Part shown: positions 29,327-38,223 of the stretch, one piece after another | Numbering within the stretch: the first letter of the stretch is position 1 | Layout of the letters: each line of letters begins with the position of its first letter | Assembly (NCBI GenBank): GCA_947499555.1 | Contig: CANMOU010000003.1 | Span: forward strand, 258,979-322,978 | Source of the DNA: an uncultured Roseovarius sp. | Lineage (GTDB): Bacteria; Pseudomonadota; Alphaproteobacteria; Rhodobacterales; Rhodobacteraceae | Length of the DNA stretch: 64,000 nucleotides | Direction of reading: 5' to 3' | Program-made: the position numbers and the translations under genes | The notes under the pieces: model-generated | What the model saw: the letters and a program-made list of their open reading frames with translations, nothing else | What the model was told of the DNA's origin: nothing | Database searches by the model: none

Positions 29327-30556
29327 ATGAATGATCTGTTCAACTCTTTCATGACGGGACCTGACGAAAAAGGCCGCTTCGGTCAGTTCGGCGGGCGGTT
29401 CGTGTCGGAAACGCTGATGCCGCTGATCCTCGAGTTGGAAAAGCAGTATGAGTTTGCCAAGACTGATCAGTCCTTCTGGGATGAGATGGATCATCTTTGG
29501 AAGCATTACGTGGGCCGACCCAGCCCGCTCTACTTTGCCGAAGGCATGACAGAGCGCCTGGGCGGTGCCAAGATTTACCTCAAGCGTGACGAACTCAATC
29601 ACACCGGTGCGCATAAGATCAACAACGTGCTGGGTCAGATCCTTCTGGCCCGCCGTATGGGCAAGACCCGGATTATCGCCGAAACTGGCGCGGGCCAGCA
29701 CGGTGTGGCCACGGCCACGGTTTGCGCCAAGTTCGGGCTGAAATGCGTGGTCTATATGGGCGCGCATGATGTGGAGCGCCAAAAGCCCAATGTCTTCCGC
29801 ATGCGCCTTCTGGGGGCTGAGGTGATCCCTGTGACCTCTGGCCGAGGCACGCTGAAGGATGCCATGAACGATGCGCTGCGCGACTGGGTGACCAATGTGC
29901 GCGACACATTTTACTGCATCGGCACGGTCGCGGGCCCGCACCCATACCCGGCGATGGTGCGTGATTTTCAGCAGATCATCGGCAAAGAGGCCAAGGCCCA
30001 GATGCAGGAGGCCGAGGGCCGTCTGCCCGACACGATCATTGCGGCCATCGGCGGCGGCTCGAACGCCATGGGCCTTTTCTATCCGTTCCTTGATGACAAA
30101 GAGGTCAAGATCATTGGCGTTGAGGCAGGTGGAAAAGGCGTGAACCAGAAGATGGAGCATTGCGCCTCTCTCACCGGCGGTCGCCCCGGCGTGCTGCATG
30201 GCAACCGCACCTATCTATTGCAGGATGACGATGGACAGATCCTCGAAGGCTATTCCATCTCCGCCGGTCTCGATTATCCGGGCATCGGGCCAGAGCATTC
30301 CTGGCTTCACGATATTGGCCGGGCCGATTACGTGTCGATCACCGACAAGGAAGCGCTTGAGGCGTTCAAGTTCTCCTGCGAGACCGAGGGCATCATCCCC
30401 GCGCTTGAGCCGTGCCATGCACTGGCCCATGTGATGAAAATCGCACCGGACCTGCCCGCCGATCACATCATCTGCATGAACATGTGCGGCCGAGGCGACA
30501 AGGACATCTTCACTGTCGCGCGCCACTTGGGCTTTGAAATGGACGAACGGGAGTAG
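29327..30556 (+). CDS. trpB: Tryptophan synthase beta chain
   Basis: PLP-lysine motif HTGAHKINN and GGGSNAMG; 409 aa, full length. Confidence 0.95.
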   Translation: MNDLFNSFMTGPDEKGRFGQFGGRFVSETLMPLILELEKQYEFAKTDQSFWDEMDHLWKHYVGRPSPLYFAEGMTERLGGAKIYLKRDELNHTGAHKINNVLGQILLARRMGKTRIIAETGAGQHGVATATVCAKFGLKCVVYMGAHDVERQKPNVFRMRLLGAEVIPVTSGRGTLKDAMNDALRDWVTNVRDTFYCIGTVAGPHPYPAMVRDFQQIIGKEAKAQMQEAEGRLPDTIIAAIGGGSNAMGLFYPFLDDKEVKIIGVEAGGKGVNQKMEHCASLTGGRPGVLHGNRTYLLQDDDGQILEGYSISAGLDYPGIGPEHSWLHDIGRADYVSITDKEALEAFKFSCETEGIIPALEPCHALAHVMKIAPDLPADHIICMNMCGRGDKDIFTVARHLGFEMDERE

Positions 30557-30566
30557 GAAAGGCGCA

Positions 30567-30648
30567 GTCCCGGACGTGATCCGGGACCTCCTCGTCTGAA
30601 TGTGCTCAGAGGTCCCGGCTGGGACGCCGGGACTTCGGCAAAAAATGT
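30567..30648 (+). terminator. Two tandem GC-rich hairpins downstream of trpB (possible terminator or REP-like element)
   Basis: GTCCCGGA-CGTGA-TCCGGGAC and GTCCCGGC-TGGGAC-GCCGGGAC, each an 8-bp stem, followed by TTCGGCAAAAAATGTTT. Confidence 0.35.
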
Positions 30649-30935
30649 TTCGTGGCGAGCCGCGAGAATGTGCGCAGCGCGAAAAGCTCGCTCTTTTGCC
30701 TTTCCAAATATTACCTAACCTCGAAATATTGTTGCGCAAAGATCACGACTGTTTTGGGCGGGTATAAAACCTCGTAGGACGACTCACCCTGCTCGGCCTA
30801 TCACCTGCCTCCCGATCACACGGATCGGACCCTAGCGGGCTGAGGTTATCATTCTCACCCGGTGCGGGCGGCCTTGCCGAACCCCGTATGCCAGGGCCGC
30901 GAAGAACGATCAGGGGTTGGCTTTCCATGCCAATT

Positions 30936-31009
30936 TCAAATGTAGCTCATTTGGTTAGAGCACTTGACTGTTAATCAAGGTGTAGCAGGTTCGAGTCCTG
31001 CCATTTGCA
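30936..31009 (+). tRNA. tRNA-Asn(GTT)-like gene with atypical features
   Basis: D-arm TAGCTCATTTGGTTAGAGCA, anticodon stem CTTGA/TCAAG with loop CTGTTAA, T-arm GCAGG-TTCGAGT-CCTGC. The acceptor is AT-rich (TCAAATG/CATTTGC), with a U1-C72 mismatch and no encoded CCA. Confidence 0.6.
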
Positions 31010-31426
31010 CTCGGGAAAAAGATCGAGAGATCTCGGGGTTCGACTCCCCTCACGCCGTAGAAAAACGGCTCTAATTTGGGTCCGGGGTTGCCTCAGCAGG
31101 GGGATCCGGAGGGGTCTCTTTGTCTTCGGACAAGGGGATCACGAAGGATCGCCGCTGCTCTGGTTTCACGCCGGAGCGGAGATGATGGTGGCATCGTGCA
31201 CCTTCCCGTAAGCCGGGGTTAACCCCGGCCTACGCGCTGGTCGCACCATGCGCCCGCTCTCTCACCTCCCGCGTGGGATCATGGCGCGGGGCGGCCTCGG
31301 GCCTTTCATTCCGCTTGCTGAGATGCAGGCATTCACACCTGTGACCATTCCGGTCCAACACATTGAAAACCAAAAGGAGTTATCGCTTTGCGACGACGAT
31401 AGGACAAGACGAAAAGGAGACGAAAG

Positions 31427-32575
31427 ATGACTCATATACTGACCCGAACACTGGACCGGCTGACCGGTCATGACCGTGTCACGCTAATGGAAACCGAGCG
31501 GATGCTCGTGCTGACCAAAGGCCGGATCACCGATATCCTCGGACCGGGCGAGCATCGCCTGAAGGCGCGCGACACCGTGCGCGAGGTTCACAATATCGAG
31601 CGTCTCCGTTTCACCTCGCCCTATGCGCGTGTGCTGTTTCGGGAGCGTCCCGATCTGGCCGAGGCGCACCTGACCGAGGTCCGTGCCGAGGCCGATGAAG
31701 TGGCCGTGATCCTGCGCGAAGGCGTGCCTTACGAGGTGCTCCTGCCGGACACCCGGCTGGTTCTGTGGACGGTTGCTGGTCCCTGGACGGTCGAGCGTCA
31801 TGCGCTGACCGACACGCTGGAACTGCCGACGGCACTCGCACGGCGTCTGACGCGCACGGGTCTGACCACGAACTTCAACGCCACGGAAGTGGCCGAGGGG
31901 CACGTGGGTATGCTCACTGTGGATGGTGTGCTGATGGGCCGGCTTGAGCCGGGCACGCACGCCTTCTGGAAAGTGGGCCGACACGTCGCGGTCAAGCAGG
32001 TCGATCTGCGCTCGCGAACCCATGAGGTCACCGGTCAGGAAATCCTAACCAAAGACCGGGTGACGATCCGGGTGAACCTGACCGCGGATTACCGGGTCAT
32101 CGACCCCGAACGTGCTGTTGGTGCGGTCAAGGATTTTGAGGAAGCCCTGCACCGTGCGCTGCAACTGGCGTTTCGGAAAACCCTTGGTGCGCTGACACTT
32201 GACCGGCTTCTGGCCGAAAAAGTGACAGTTGATGCCGAGGCCGCGAAAACCGTGCGTGCCGAGATGGCACGGATCGGTCTCGAGGTGGGTGAGATCGCGC
32301 TCAAGGACGTGATCCTGCCCGGTGAGATGCGCGAGATCCTGACAGCCGTGGTTGCGGCTGAAAAGGAAGCTGAGGCCAACGTCATCCGGCGTCGGGAAGA
32401 AACGAACGCAACGCGCTCGCTTCTGAACACCGCCAAGGTGATGGCCGAGAACCCAGTGATGCTGCGGCTCAAAGAACTTGAGGCGCTGGAAAGCATCGCC
32501 GGTAAGGTCGAACGGCTGACGGTCCACAACGGTACCGAAGGTCTGATGACCGATCTCGTGCGTCTGCGCGACTGA
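31427..32575 (+). CDS. SPFH/band-7 (stomatin/prohibitin/flotillin-like) domain protein without membrane anchor
   Basis: The C-terminal ~210 aa show an SPFH fold signature (ILTKDRVTIRVNLTADYRVIDPERAV...) followed by a coiled coil (EKEAEANVIRRREETNATRSL). The N-terminal ~170 aa have no recognisable domain or TM helix. Confidence 0.8.
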   Translation: MTHILTRTLDRLTGHDRVTLMETERMLVLTKGRITDILGPGEHRLKARDTVREVHNIERLRFTSPYARVLFRERPDLAEAHLTEVRAEADEVAVILREGVPYEVLLPDTRLVLWTVAGPWTVERHALTDTLELPTALARRLTRTGLTTNFNATEVAEGHVGMLTVDGVLMGRLEPGTHAFWKVGRHVAVKQVDLRSRTHEVTGQEILTKDRVTIRVNLTADYRVIDPERAVGAVKDFEEALHRALQLAFRKTLGALTLDRLLAEKVTVDAEAAKTVRAEMARIGLEVGEIALKDVILPGEMREILTAVVAAEKEAEANVIRRREETNATRSLLNTAKVMAENPVMLRLKELEALESIAGKVERLTVHNGTEGLMTDLVRLRD

Positions 32576-32581
32576 AACTGG

Positions 32582-32616
32582 CCCGGCCCGGGGGAAACCT
32601 CGGGCCGGGTTTCTCA
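32582..32616 (+). terminator. Rho-independent terminator after the SPFH gene
   Basis: 9-bp stem CCCGGCCCG/CGGGCCGGG with a 10-nt loop, followed by TTTCT. Confidence 0.5.
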
Positions 32617-32803
32617 TGAAGAAAATTGGTCACCTGAGGCTCTGCGGCCCTGCTTTGTTTCAATACGTGAAACAAATTGTTCCCAGAAGGAAAACTCACG
32701 ATATTTTGAAATGTGGCGAAAATGTGGTAGCGTGAAAATTAGTATCGAGTGACCTTGATTAAATTAAATGAAAACAATGTGTTGATCTAAATAAGAGGGA
32801 ACG

Positions 32804-33364
32804 GTGATGGTGTTTATGTTGCGCAGAGTCTCTGCGATTCTATTGGCCGCCGTAGTCGCTATGGGTGTGATCAGTGGCTCAGCCTCTGCGACGACCTGTG
32901 GCGATGTTCAGTATTTTGCTACTCAAGATGGTATGATCTTGTCGCCCACGGGATGCGGATCAGGCAATGACGAAGGTTCAATGGGCTATGGGGCCCAGAA
33001 TGGCTGGACGTTAGGAGACTCCGTCGGGGGTGGCCCCGGCGACGGTCAGATCGATTTGACGCTGATGGGTAATAGTTGGTCGATTACCAACACAGGTGGT
33101 TTCACCCATTTGGCATTGGCCCTGAAGCAGGCACAGTCATTTGCCTTCTACGTGCTTGATCTTTCCAAGTCGTTATCTGGGACCTGGAATACGCTTGGCC
33201 CAGCGTCCGCGACATCGGACTTCTCGCACATCAATGCGTGGTACAAGGGCGACGGCACGCCACCGCCGCCTCCGCCACCTTCAGGCGTACCGCTTCCTGC
33301 GGCTGCTTGGATGTTGCTTGCAGCGCTTGGAAGCCTCGTGGTCTTTCGTAAGAAGCGCGTCTGA
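32804..33364 (+). CDS. Secreted VPLPA-CTERM (PEP-CTERM variant) sorting-domain protein with poly-proline linker
   Basis: Signal peptide, then a Gly/Ser-rich body, PPPPPPP, and the C-terminal VPLPAAAWMLLAALGSLVVFRKKR (VPLPA motif, TM helix, basic tail). It is preceded by a strongly AT-rich ~180-bp promoter region. Confidence 0.7.
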   Translation: MMVFMLRRVSAILLAAVVAMGVISGSASATTCGDVQYFATQDGMILSPTGCGSGNDEGSMGYGAQNGWTLGDSVGGGPGDGQIDLTLMGNSWSITNTGGFTHLALALKQAQSFAFYVLDLSKSLSGTWNTLGPASATSDFSHINAWYKGDGTPPPPPPPSGVPLPAAAWMLLAALGSLVVFRKKRV

Positions 33365-33391
33365 CAAAATAGACGGCATTAAAATCAAAAA

Positions 33392-33420
33392 GGTCGCCGA
33401 GCTCCGGCGGCCTTTTTTTG
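33392..33420. terminator. Bidirectional rho-independent terminator
   Basis: 8-bp stem GGTCGCCG/CGGCGGCC with loop AGCTC, flanked by AAAATCAAAAA upstream and TTTTTTTGTTT downstream. It lies between convergent genes. Confidence 0.65.
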
Positions 33421-33421
33421 T

Positions 33422-33820
33422 TTAAGCCTTGAACGCCTCATCCACTGGCACCTGAAGCGCTGTGGCAAGCGCATTGGTTTGGCTGGCCATTCCGATCACG
33501 CTCAGAAGCTCACCATGCTGTGCCGCTGTCATGCCTTTGGCTTTGGCCGCCGCTGTGTGAGAGTGCGCGCAATATTCGCATGCATTTGCAACCGACACGG
33601 CAATGTAGATCATTTCCTTGGTCAGCGGGTCAATCTCACCCGGCCCCATGACCACCTTCAGTCGGTCCCATGTCACCTTGAGCAACGCCGGATCATGTGC
33701 CAGCGCCCGCCAGAAATTGTTGATGAAATCGCCGCCGCGCGTGGCGCGGATGTCGTCGAAAACAGCGCGCACTTCAGGTCCCGCATCGTCATCGGAGATC
33801 AGTGAAACAGTTGCCATCAT
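33422..33820 (-). CDS. Carboxymuconolactone decarboxylase family protein (AhpD-like)
   Basis: 132 aa with the CEYCAHSH core motif of the CMD/AhpD fold. Confidence 0.8.
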   Translation of the reverse strand: MMATVSLISDDDAGPEVRAVFDDIRATRGGDFINNFWRALAHDPALLKVTWDRLKVVMGPGEIDPLTKEMIYIAVSVANACEYCAHSHTAAAKAKGMTAAQHGELLSVIGMASQTNALATALQVPVDEAFKA

Positions 33821-34206
33821 TATCCCTCGGCGTCGGCTGCGTGTTGTTTCAAAACGTCTATTGGCACGATATCCAGAGCCCGCGCATGCGTTGCCTCAAG
33901 CCGGACCTTCGGCGCACAGCCCTCGTCGTGAGCCTGTAGAAATCGAGCGGCGCAAAGGCACCATCGATCACCGGGGTTAAGCCCCACAAATCCGAATTCC
34001 GGTCTTGGCGTGCTCAGGTCATTGCCGACGTATTTTGAGAAGGCCAAAAACTCTGCGGTCATCTGGGCGCACACGGTATGGCTGCCACGATCCTCAGGGC
34101 ATGTGTTGCAATGGCCATCGCGAAAGAATCCAGTGACAGGATCCATCCCGCAAATTTCAAGCTGGCCGCCAAGGACATTCACCGAGGTTTCCATTTTCAA
34201 GCTCAT
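33820..34206 (-). CDS. Small conserved hypothetical protein (DUF2237-like), Cys/His-rich
   Basis: About 125 aa (METSVNVLGGQLEICG...HCNTCPEDRGSHTVCAQM...WCLCAARF). Start uncertain, between 34194 and 34245. Confidence 0.5.
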   Translation of the reverse strand: MSLKMETSVNVLGGQLEICGMDPVTGFFRDGHCNTCPEDRGSHTVCAQMTAEFLAFSKYVGNDLSTPRPEFGFVGLNPGDRWCLCAARFLQAHDEGCAPKVRLEATHARALDIVPIDVLKQHAADAEG

Positions 34207-34210
34207 CAGA

Positions 34211-34534
34211 TCAAACCTCGTGCAATATCGTTTCAAACCCTTCAAATTGGGGCGGGCCCATCAGCGCATCCTGTGTCTTCGATTTACCCGCATCCTTATG
34301 TGCATCACGAAAGTTCTGCGACTTTGTCCAGGCCTCGAAAGCTTCCCGGCTTGCCCAAACGACATGGCTCGAATAAAGGCAAAACCCGTCGCCGACCGGA
34401 CCCTTGAGCAGTCGAAATTCCTCGAACCCAGGCGTTTCCTTCAGGCGGCTTTCGCGAGAGCGCCACATCTCCTCAAAGGCCTGCTCGGCCCCGATCTTTA
34501 CCTGAAAACGGTTCATGGCGATAAAGCTCATGGT
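34211..34534 (-). CDS. Antibiotic-biosynthesis-monooxygenase (ABM/Dabb) domain protein
   Basis: About 107 aa from MSFIAMNRFQVKIG...; a ferredoxin-like ABM fold pattern. Confidence 0.65.
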   Translation of the reverse strand, partial: TMSFIAMNRFQVKIGAEQAFEEMWRSRESRLKETPGFEEFRLLKGPVGDGFCLYSSHVVWASREAFEAWTKSQNFRDAHKDAGKSKTQDALMGPPQFEGFETILHEV

Positions 34535-34598
34535 GGGTATCTCGCGTGACTCTGACTGCCTGCATCCTGCACAAACGCGGCGCGACGGGCAAGTTGGC

Positions 34599-35762
34599 TC
34601 AGAGCGAGCGGGCAATCTCTTGAAAGAGTTTGATATTCGCCTCGTTCACGCCTGCCTCTTCAAAACTCAGGTCTGCCGCCGTCGAGACGATCACGACATC
34701 CCGATTTTGGTCGACAAAAATGTACTGTCCATAGATCCCGCTGGCGAAGAACTGTCCCGGCTCGGCGTTCTTGGGGACCCACCAGTGGTATCCGTATCCC
34801 ATTTCGCCCGGTTGCGTCGGCGCCTGAGGTTTGGTCGAAACAGTGACCCAGTCTTTGGGAACGATTTGATTGCCGAAATACTGTCCCATCTCTTGGTACA
34901 AAAGCGCGAAACGCGCAAAGTCCCGCGTTGTCTTGTTGAGCCCGCCCATCGTGAAAGCCGTGCCGCTGGCATCAGACAAGACATAAGGTTCCATCTCTAG
35001 CCCCAATGGCCGGATGATCTTGTCAGAAAGCAGATCGGCCATGGTTTTTCCGCTGGCCGAGCGCAGGACCATGGAGAGCACATGTGCATCTATTGAGACA
35101 TACTGCCAATCCTCACCCGGCTCAGAGCGCTTACCCGTCAGGCTTGCGGCGAAACCGTCCAGCTCTCCGCCTAGGGCAAGCTCGCGGCCCATCCGGTTGA
35201 TGTCGGAGTCGTAGTCCAGATATTTTTCGCTGAACGCCACCCCGCTGGTCATCTGCAAAAGGTCGGTAATCCGTGCTCCTTCATATGCGGTGTTCCTCAA
35301 CGACGGGACATATTGGACCGCCAGATCATCAAGTGATCCAATTGTGCCATCCTTGAGTAGCACACCGACCAAGGCCGAGATATACGGTTTCGACAGAGCC
35401 CAGCCGATCCTCAAATCCTCAGGCTTTGTGTCCAGATGGTAACTTTCATGCACAATCTGACCTTTGTGCAGGATAAGAAGCGACGTGACGGTGCGATCTG
35501 CAATCCAGCGCGTGACGTCCTCCGCCAGCTCAAGAGGCTCTCCCTTGGCCAGCTCGGAAACCCCGCCAGTCCCACGCGAAATCTTTTGCGAGTCAAAGGC
35601 TTCATCAAGTGACGAGAAATTTTTGACGATCTTGTCTTTTTCGAAGAGCGTGTTGACGGCGACAAGGCGGTGAATTTCATCCCGCATCAGAACGGCAACG
35701 AGCATCAATGCCAGAACTGAAAAAATCAGAATTCGCTTAGACCAGCTTACCGCGTTTCTCAC
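34599..35762 (-). CDS. Beta-lactamase-family serine hydrolase, membrane-anchored
   Basis: N-terminal TM (ILIFSVLALMLVAVLM), then a class-C beta-lactamase/PBP-like fold (387 aa). Confidence 0.75.
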   Translation of the reverse strand: MRNAVSWSKRILIFSVLALMLVAVLMRDEIHRLVAVNTLFEKDKIVKNFSSLDEAFDSQKISRGTGGVSELAKGEPLELAEDVTRWIADRTVTSLLILHKGQIVHESYHLDTKPEDLRIGWALSKPYISALVGVLLKDGTIGSLDDLAVQYVPSLRNTAYEGARITDLLQMTSGVAFSEKYLDYDSDINRMGRELALGGELDGFAASLTGKRSEPGEDWQYVSIDAHVLSMVLRSASGKTMADLLSDKIIRPLGLEMEPYVLSDASGTAFTMGGLNKTTRDFARFALLYQEMGQYFGNQIVPKDWVTVSTKPQAPTQPGEMGYGYHWWVPKNAEPGQFFASGIYGQYIFVDQNRDVVIVSTAADLSFEEAGVNEANIKLFQEIARSL

Positions 35763-35823
35763 AGTCTACGCCTCTCACCAAATACTAAAATTCACTCAAA
35801 AAGAGCAAAACTCGCCCAGTGTT

Positions 35824-36516
35824 CTATTTGAACTTGTCAAGCAACCTCTGCAAGGGTGATCGATCATCCTCTTTGTAATTTGATGAGTTTGTGTGTTTTT
35901 TAGGTTCCGAAGAGGGTTCCGGTTTTTCCGGCCTTTTGGGGGCGCTTACTGTTGCGATGCTTTCCGCAACGGCGTTGAGAAAACGGTCTTTGCGTCCGCC
36001 GCTTAGCTGGGGCGCACCCTTTGAGATGCCTGAAAAAAGTGCCTCTAGCCAATCCGCATCCGATTTTGCGAAATCCTGCAAGACGTAGCGGGCGACCAAA
36101 TCCTTTTGCCCCGGATGCCCAATCCCCAAGCGCACGCGTTGATAGCTTTCGCCAATATGTTGATGGATCGAGCGCAGGCCATTATGCCCGGCGTGCCCGC
36201 CGCCTTCTTTGACGCGGCATTTGCCGGGTGCCAGATCAAGCTCATCGTGAAAGACCGTCACATCCTCCGGCGTAAGCTTGTAGAATCGCATGGCCTCTCC
36301 GACGGATTGGCCAGATAGGTTCATGAATGTTTCCGGTTTCAGCAACAGAACTTTCTCCGGACCAAGCCGGCCCTCGGCTATTGCCCCCTGAAACTTACCC
36401 TTCCATGGACCAAAGCCGTGATCATTGGCAATCCGGTCAAGCGCCATGAAGCCTATGTTATGTCTGTTCTTGGAGTATTTATCGCCCGGATTTCCCAGAC
36501 CCACGAAAAGCAGCAT
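35824..36516 (-). CDS. pth: Peptidyl-tRNA hydrolase with C-terminal Lys/Pro-rich extension
   Basis: [22 protein letters not shown] and HNGLRS motifs; the conserved pth-rplY neighbourhood. Confidence 0.9.
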   Translation of the reverse strand: MLLFVGLGNPGDKYSKNRHNIGFMALDRIANDHGFGPWKGKFQGAIAEGRLGPEKVLLLKPETFMNLSGQSVGEAMRFYKLTPEDVTVFHDELDLAPGKCRVKEGGGHAGHNGLRSIHQHIGESYQRVRLGIGHPGQKDLVARYVLQDFAKSDADWLEALFSGISKGAPQLSGGRKDRFLNAVAESIATVSAPKRPEKPEPSSEPKKHTNSSNYKEDDRSPLQRLLDKFK

Positions 36517-36603
36517 TGCCGTTGTCCTGAAAGTGTTGAGGATGGTCTACGCGGATGGGTGCCGTGAATCAACAAACGCGACGCGACAGGGCAGGGCGCT
36601 AAA

Positions 36604-37284
36604 ATGGCTAACTATACAGTGGATGGCATCAAGCTTAGTGTGCCGAGGCACCTGCTAAATGATCGGATTGAAGGCAAGCTTGCCTCGGGCAGCTATGAGG
36701 CGCATGAGGCCCGCGCCGTGGCCATGCGCGTGAAGCCCGGGCAGAACATACTCGAACTTGGTGCAGGTCTGGGGTTTGTCAGCGTCGTGGCTGCCCGCGC
36801 TGCGGGCGCGCGTCACGTGATCTCGGTTGAGGCAAATCCGGACTTGCTTCCTGTCATCAAGGAAAACCTCAAGCAAAACGGGTTTGATCAGGTGCGTCTG
36901 CGGCACGGTGCCGTCGTCGGTGCCGATATCGACGACCCAGATCTGGCATTTGACCCCAAAAAGACCTTCTGGGCCGGTCGGATTGCCGACCACACCAGTG
37001 ATCTGGATACGGTGGTGCAGGTCCCGGCACTTCCGTTGGCTGCTTTGCTCAATGAAGTCCAGCCGAAGGTCGTGATCATGGATATTGAAGGGGCAGAGCG
37101 GTTCCTCTTTGAAACGCCGTGGCCTGATTATGTTCTCAGCGTCATTATGGAACTTCACCCCAAGCAATACCCCGATAGCACGATCAAAACGATCGTGGAT
37201 TGTATGTCGGTCTCAGGTCTGACCTATGACCCCGGGCCATCGCGTGGCCGCATCCTTTGCTTTCGGAGGGTCCGGAAGAACTAA
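36604..37284 (+). CDS. FkbM-family methyltransferase
   Basis: NILELGAGLGFVS (SAM motif I) and the MDIEGAE motif typical of FkbM methyltransferases. Confidence 0.75.
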   Translation: MANYTVDGIKLSVPRHLLNDRIEGKLASGSYEAHEARAVAMRVKPGQNILELGAGLGFVSVVAARAAGARHVISVEANPDLLPVIKENLKQNGFDQVRLRHGAVVGADIDDPDLAFDPKKTFWAGRIADHTSDLDTVVQVPALPLAALLNEVQPKVVIMDIEGAERFLFETPWPDYVLSVIMELHPKQYPDSTIKTIVDCMSVSGLTYDPGPSRGRILCFRRVRKN

Positions 37285-37353
37285 AAAACGCGGAGGCCGA
37301 AGCACCCCGCGTTCTTCAAAAAGCTTTCTGCGGCAGAGGGCCGATGGGAAGGA

Positions 37354-38022
37354 TTATTCTTCTGTATCGGCTTCTTCTGCCGGAGCTTCGTCTGCAGCGG
37401 TTTCCGCGCCCGTGTCGCCCGCGTCATCCTCAGCGGCATCATCCGATTTCAGAGCCGATGGCGCAGAAATATTGCAGATCACGAAATCACGGTCGATTGT
37501 CGGCTTCGCACCTTCCGGAAGTGTGACTTGCGAAATCGTGACGTTGTCGCCCACATCCAGGCCCTGAAGGCTTACGGTGACACTTTCAGGAATATCGCCG
37601 GCCGTTACCAGCAACTCAACCTCGTTGCGCACAACCGTCAGCACACCGCCTCTGCGAATGCCCGGGCAATCATCCTCGTCCACGAACTCAACTGGGATAA
37701 AGAGGTTGATCTTCGTGGTGCGGCGCAGGCGCATCAGGTCAAGATGGGTCGGCAGGTCTTTGACCACGTCGCGCTGCACATCGCGGCAGATCACGCGCAC
37801 ATCATCATGACCATCCACTTTCAGGTTAAAGAGCGTGGACTTGAACCGCCCAGCCTTCAGCTTCTTGAAAAGCTCGTTGAAAGGAACGGTAATCGGCAAC
37901 GGATCAACGTCGCCTCCAAAAACGATCCCCGGAACCATGCCCTCGCGGCGTGCTGCACGAGCGGCGCCCTTGCCCGTCCCCGTGCGTTCCTGGGCGTGAA
38001 GATCAGGAATTTCTCCAGCCAT
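37354..38022 (-). CDS. rplY: 50S ribosomal protein L25/general stress protein Ctc
   Basis: N-terminal L25 domain ([24 protein letters not shown]) plus a Ctc-type C-terminal domain and acidic tail. Confidence 0.9.
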   Translation of the reverse strand: MAGEIPDLHAQERTGTGKGAARAARREGMVPGIVFGGDVDPLPITVPFNELFKKLKAGRFKSTLFNLKVDGHDDVRVICRDVQRDVVKDLPTHLDLMRLRRTTKINLFIPVEFVDEDDCPGIRRGGVLTVVRNEVELLVTAGDIPESVTVSLQGLDVGDNVTISQVTLPEGAKPTIDRDFVICNISAPSALKSDDAAEDDAGDTGAETAADEAPAEEADTEE

Positions 38023-38223
38023 ATGTAGTCTCCATATCTGAGGCGGGGCTCCTCCAAGGCTGTAGCCCCACGTGAAGCCGCGCGTATAGACCGGATTTGC
38101 CGGGTTGGGAAGCGGATTCTGTACACGCAGACGCGGTGCCGAAGTCTGGCTTCGGTATTTGAGTATTTGAGGAACAATGAAAGTCAGGCAAATGGTGTAT
38201 TCACTGTTCTCAAAATACTCAGA

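Noticed and set aside
28637-30199. 520-aa minus-strand ORF spanning most of trpB
   Set aside because: Only its last 564 nt (28637-29200) form a sensible gene with a signal peptide. The rest is antisense to the strongly supported trpB and reflects open frames typical of GC-rich DNA.
30215-30739. 174-aa minus-strand ORF antisense to the trpB 3' end
   Set aside because: No motifs; it lies fully within, or immediately after, a confident gene on the other strand.
31010-31426. Two-piece alphaproteobacterial tmRNA (ssrA)
   Set aside because: A T-arm-like element is present, but I could not find a tag-peptide reading frame with a resume codon (no GCN-AAC-GAC-type start or ...LAA stop), nor a matching 5' GGGG acceptor strand. 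It is left as unexplained structured non-coding DNA.
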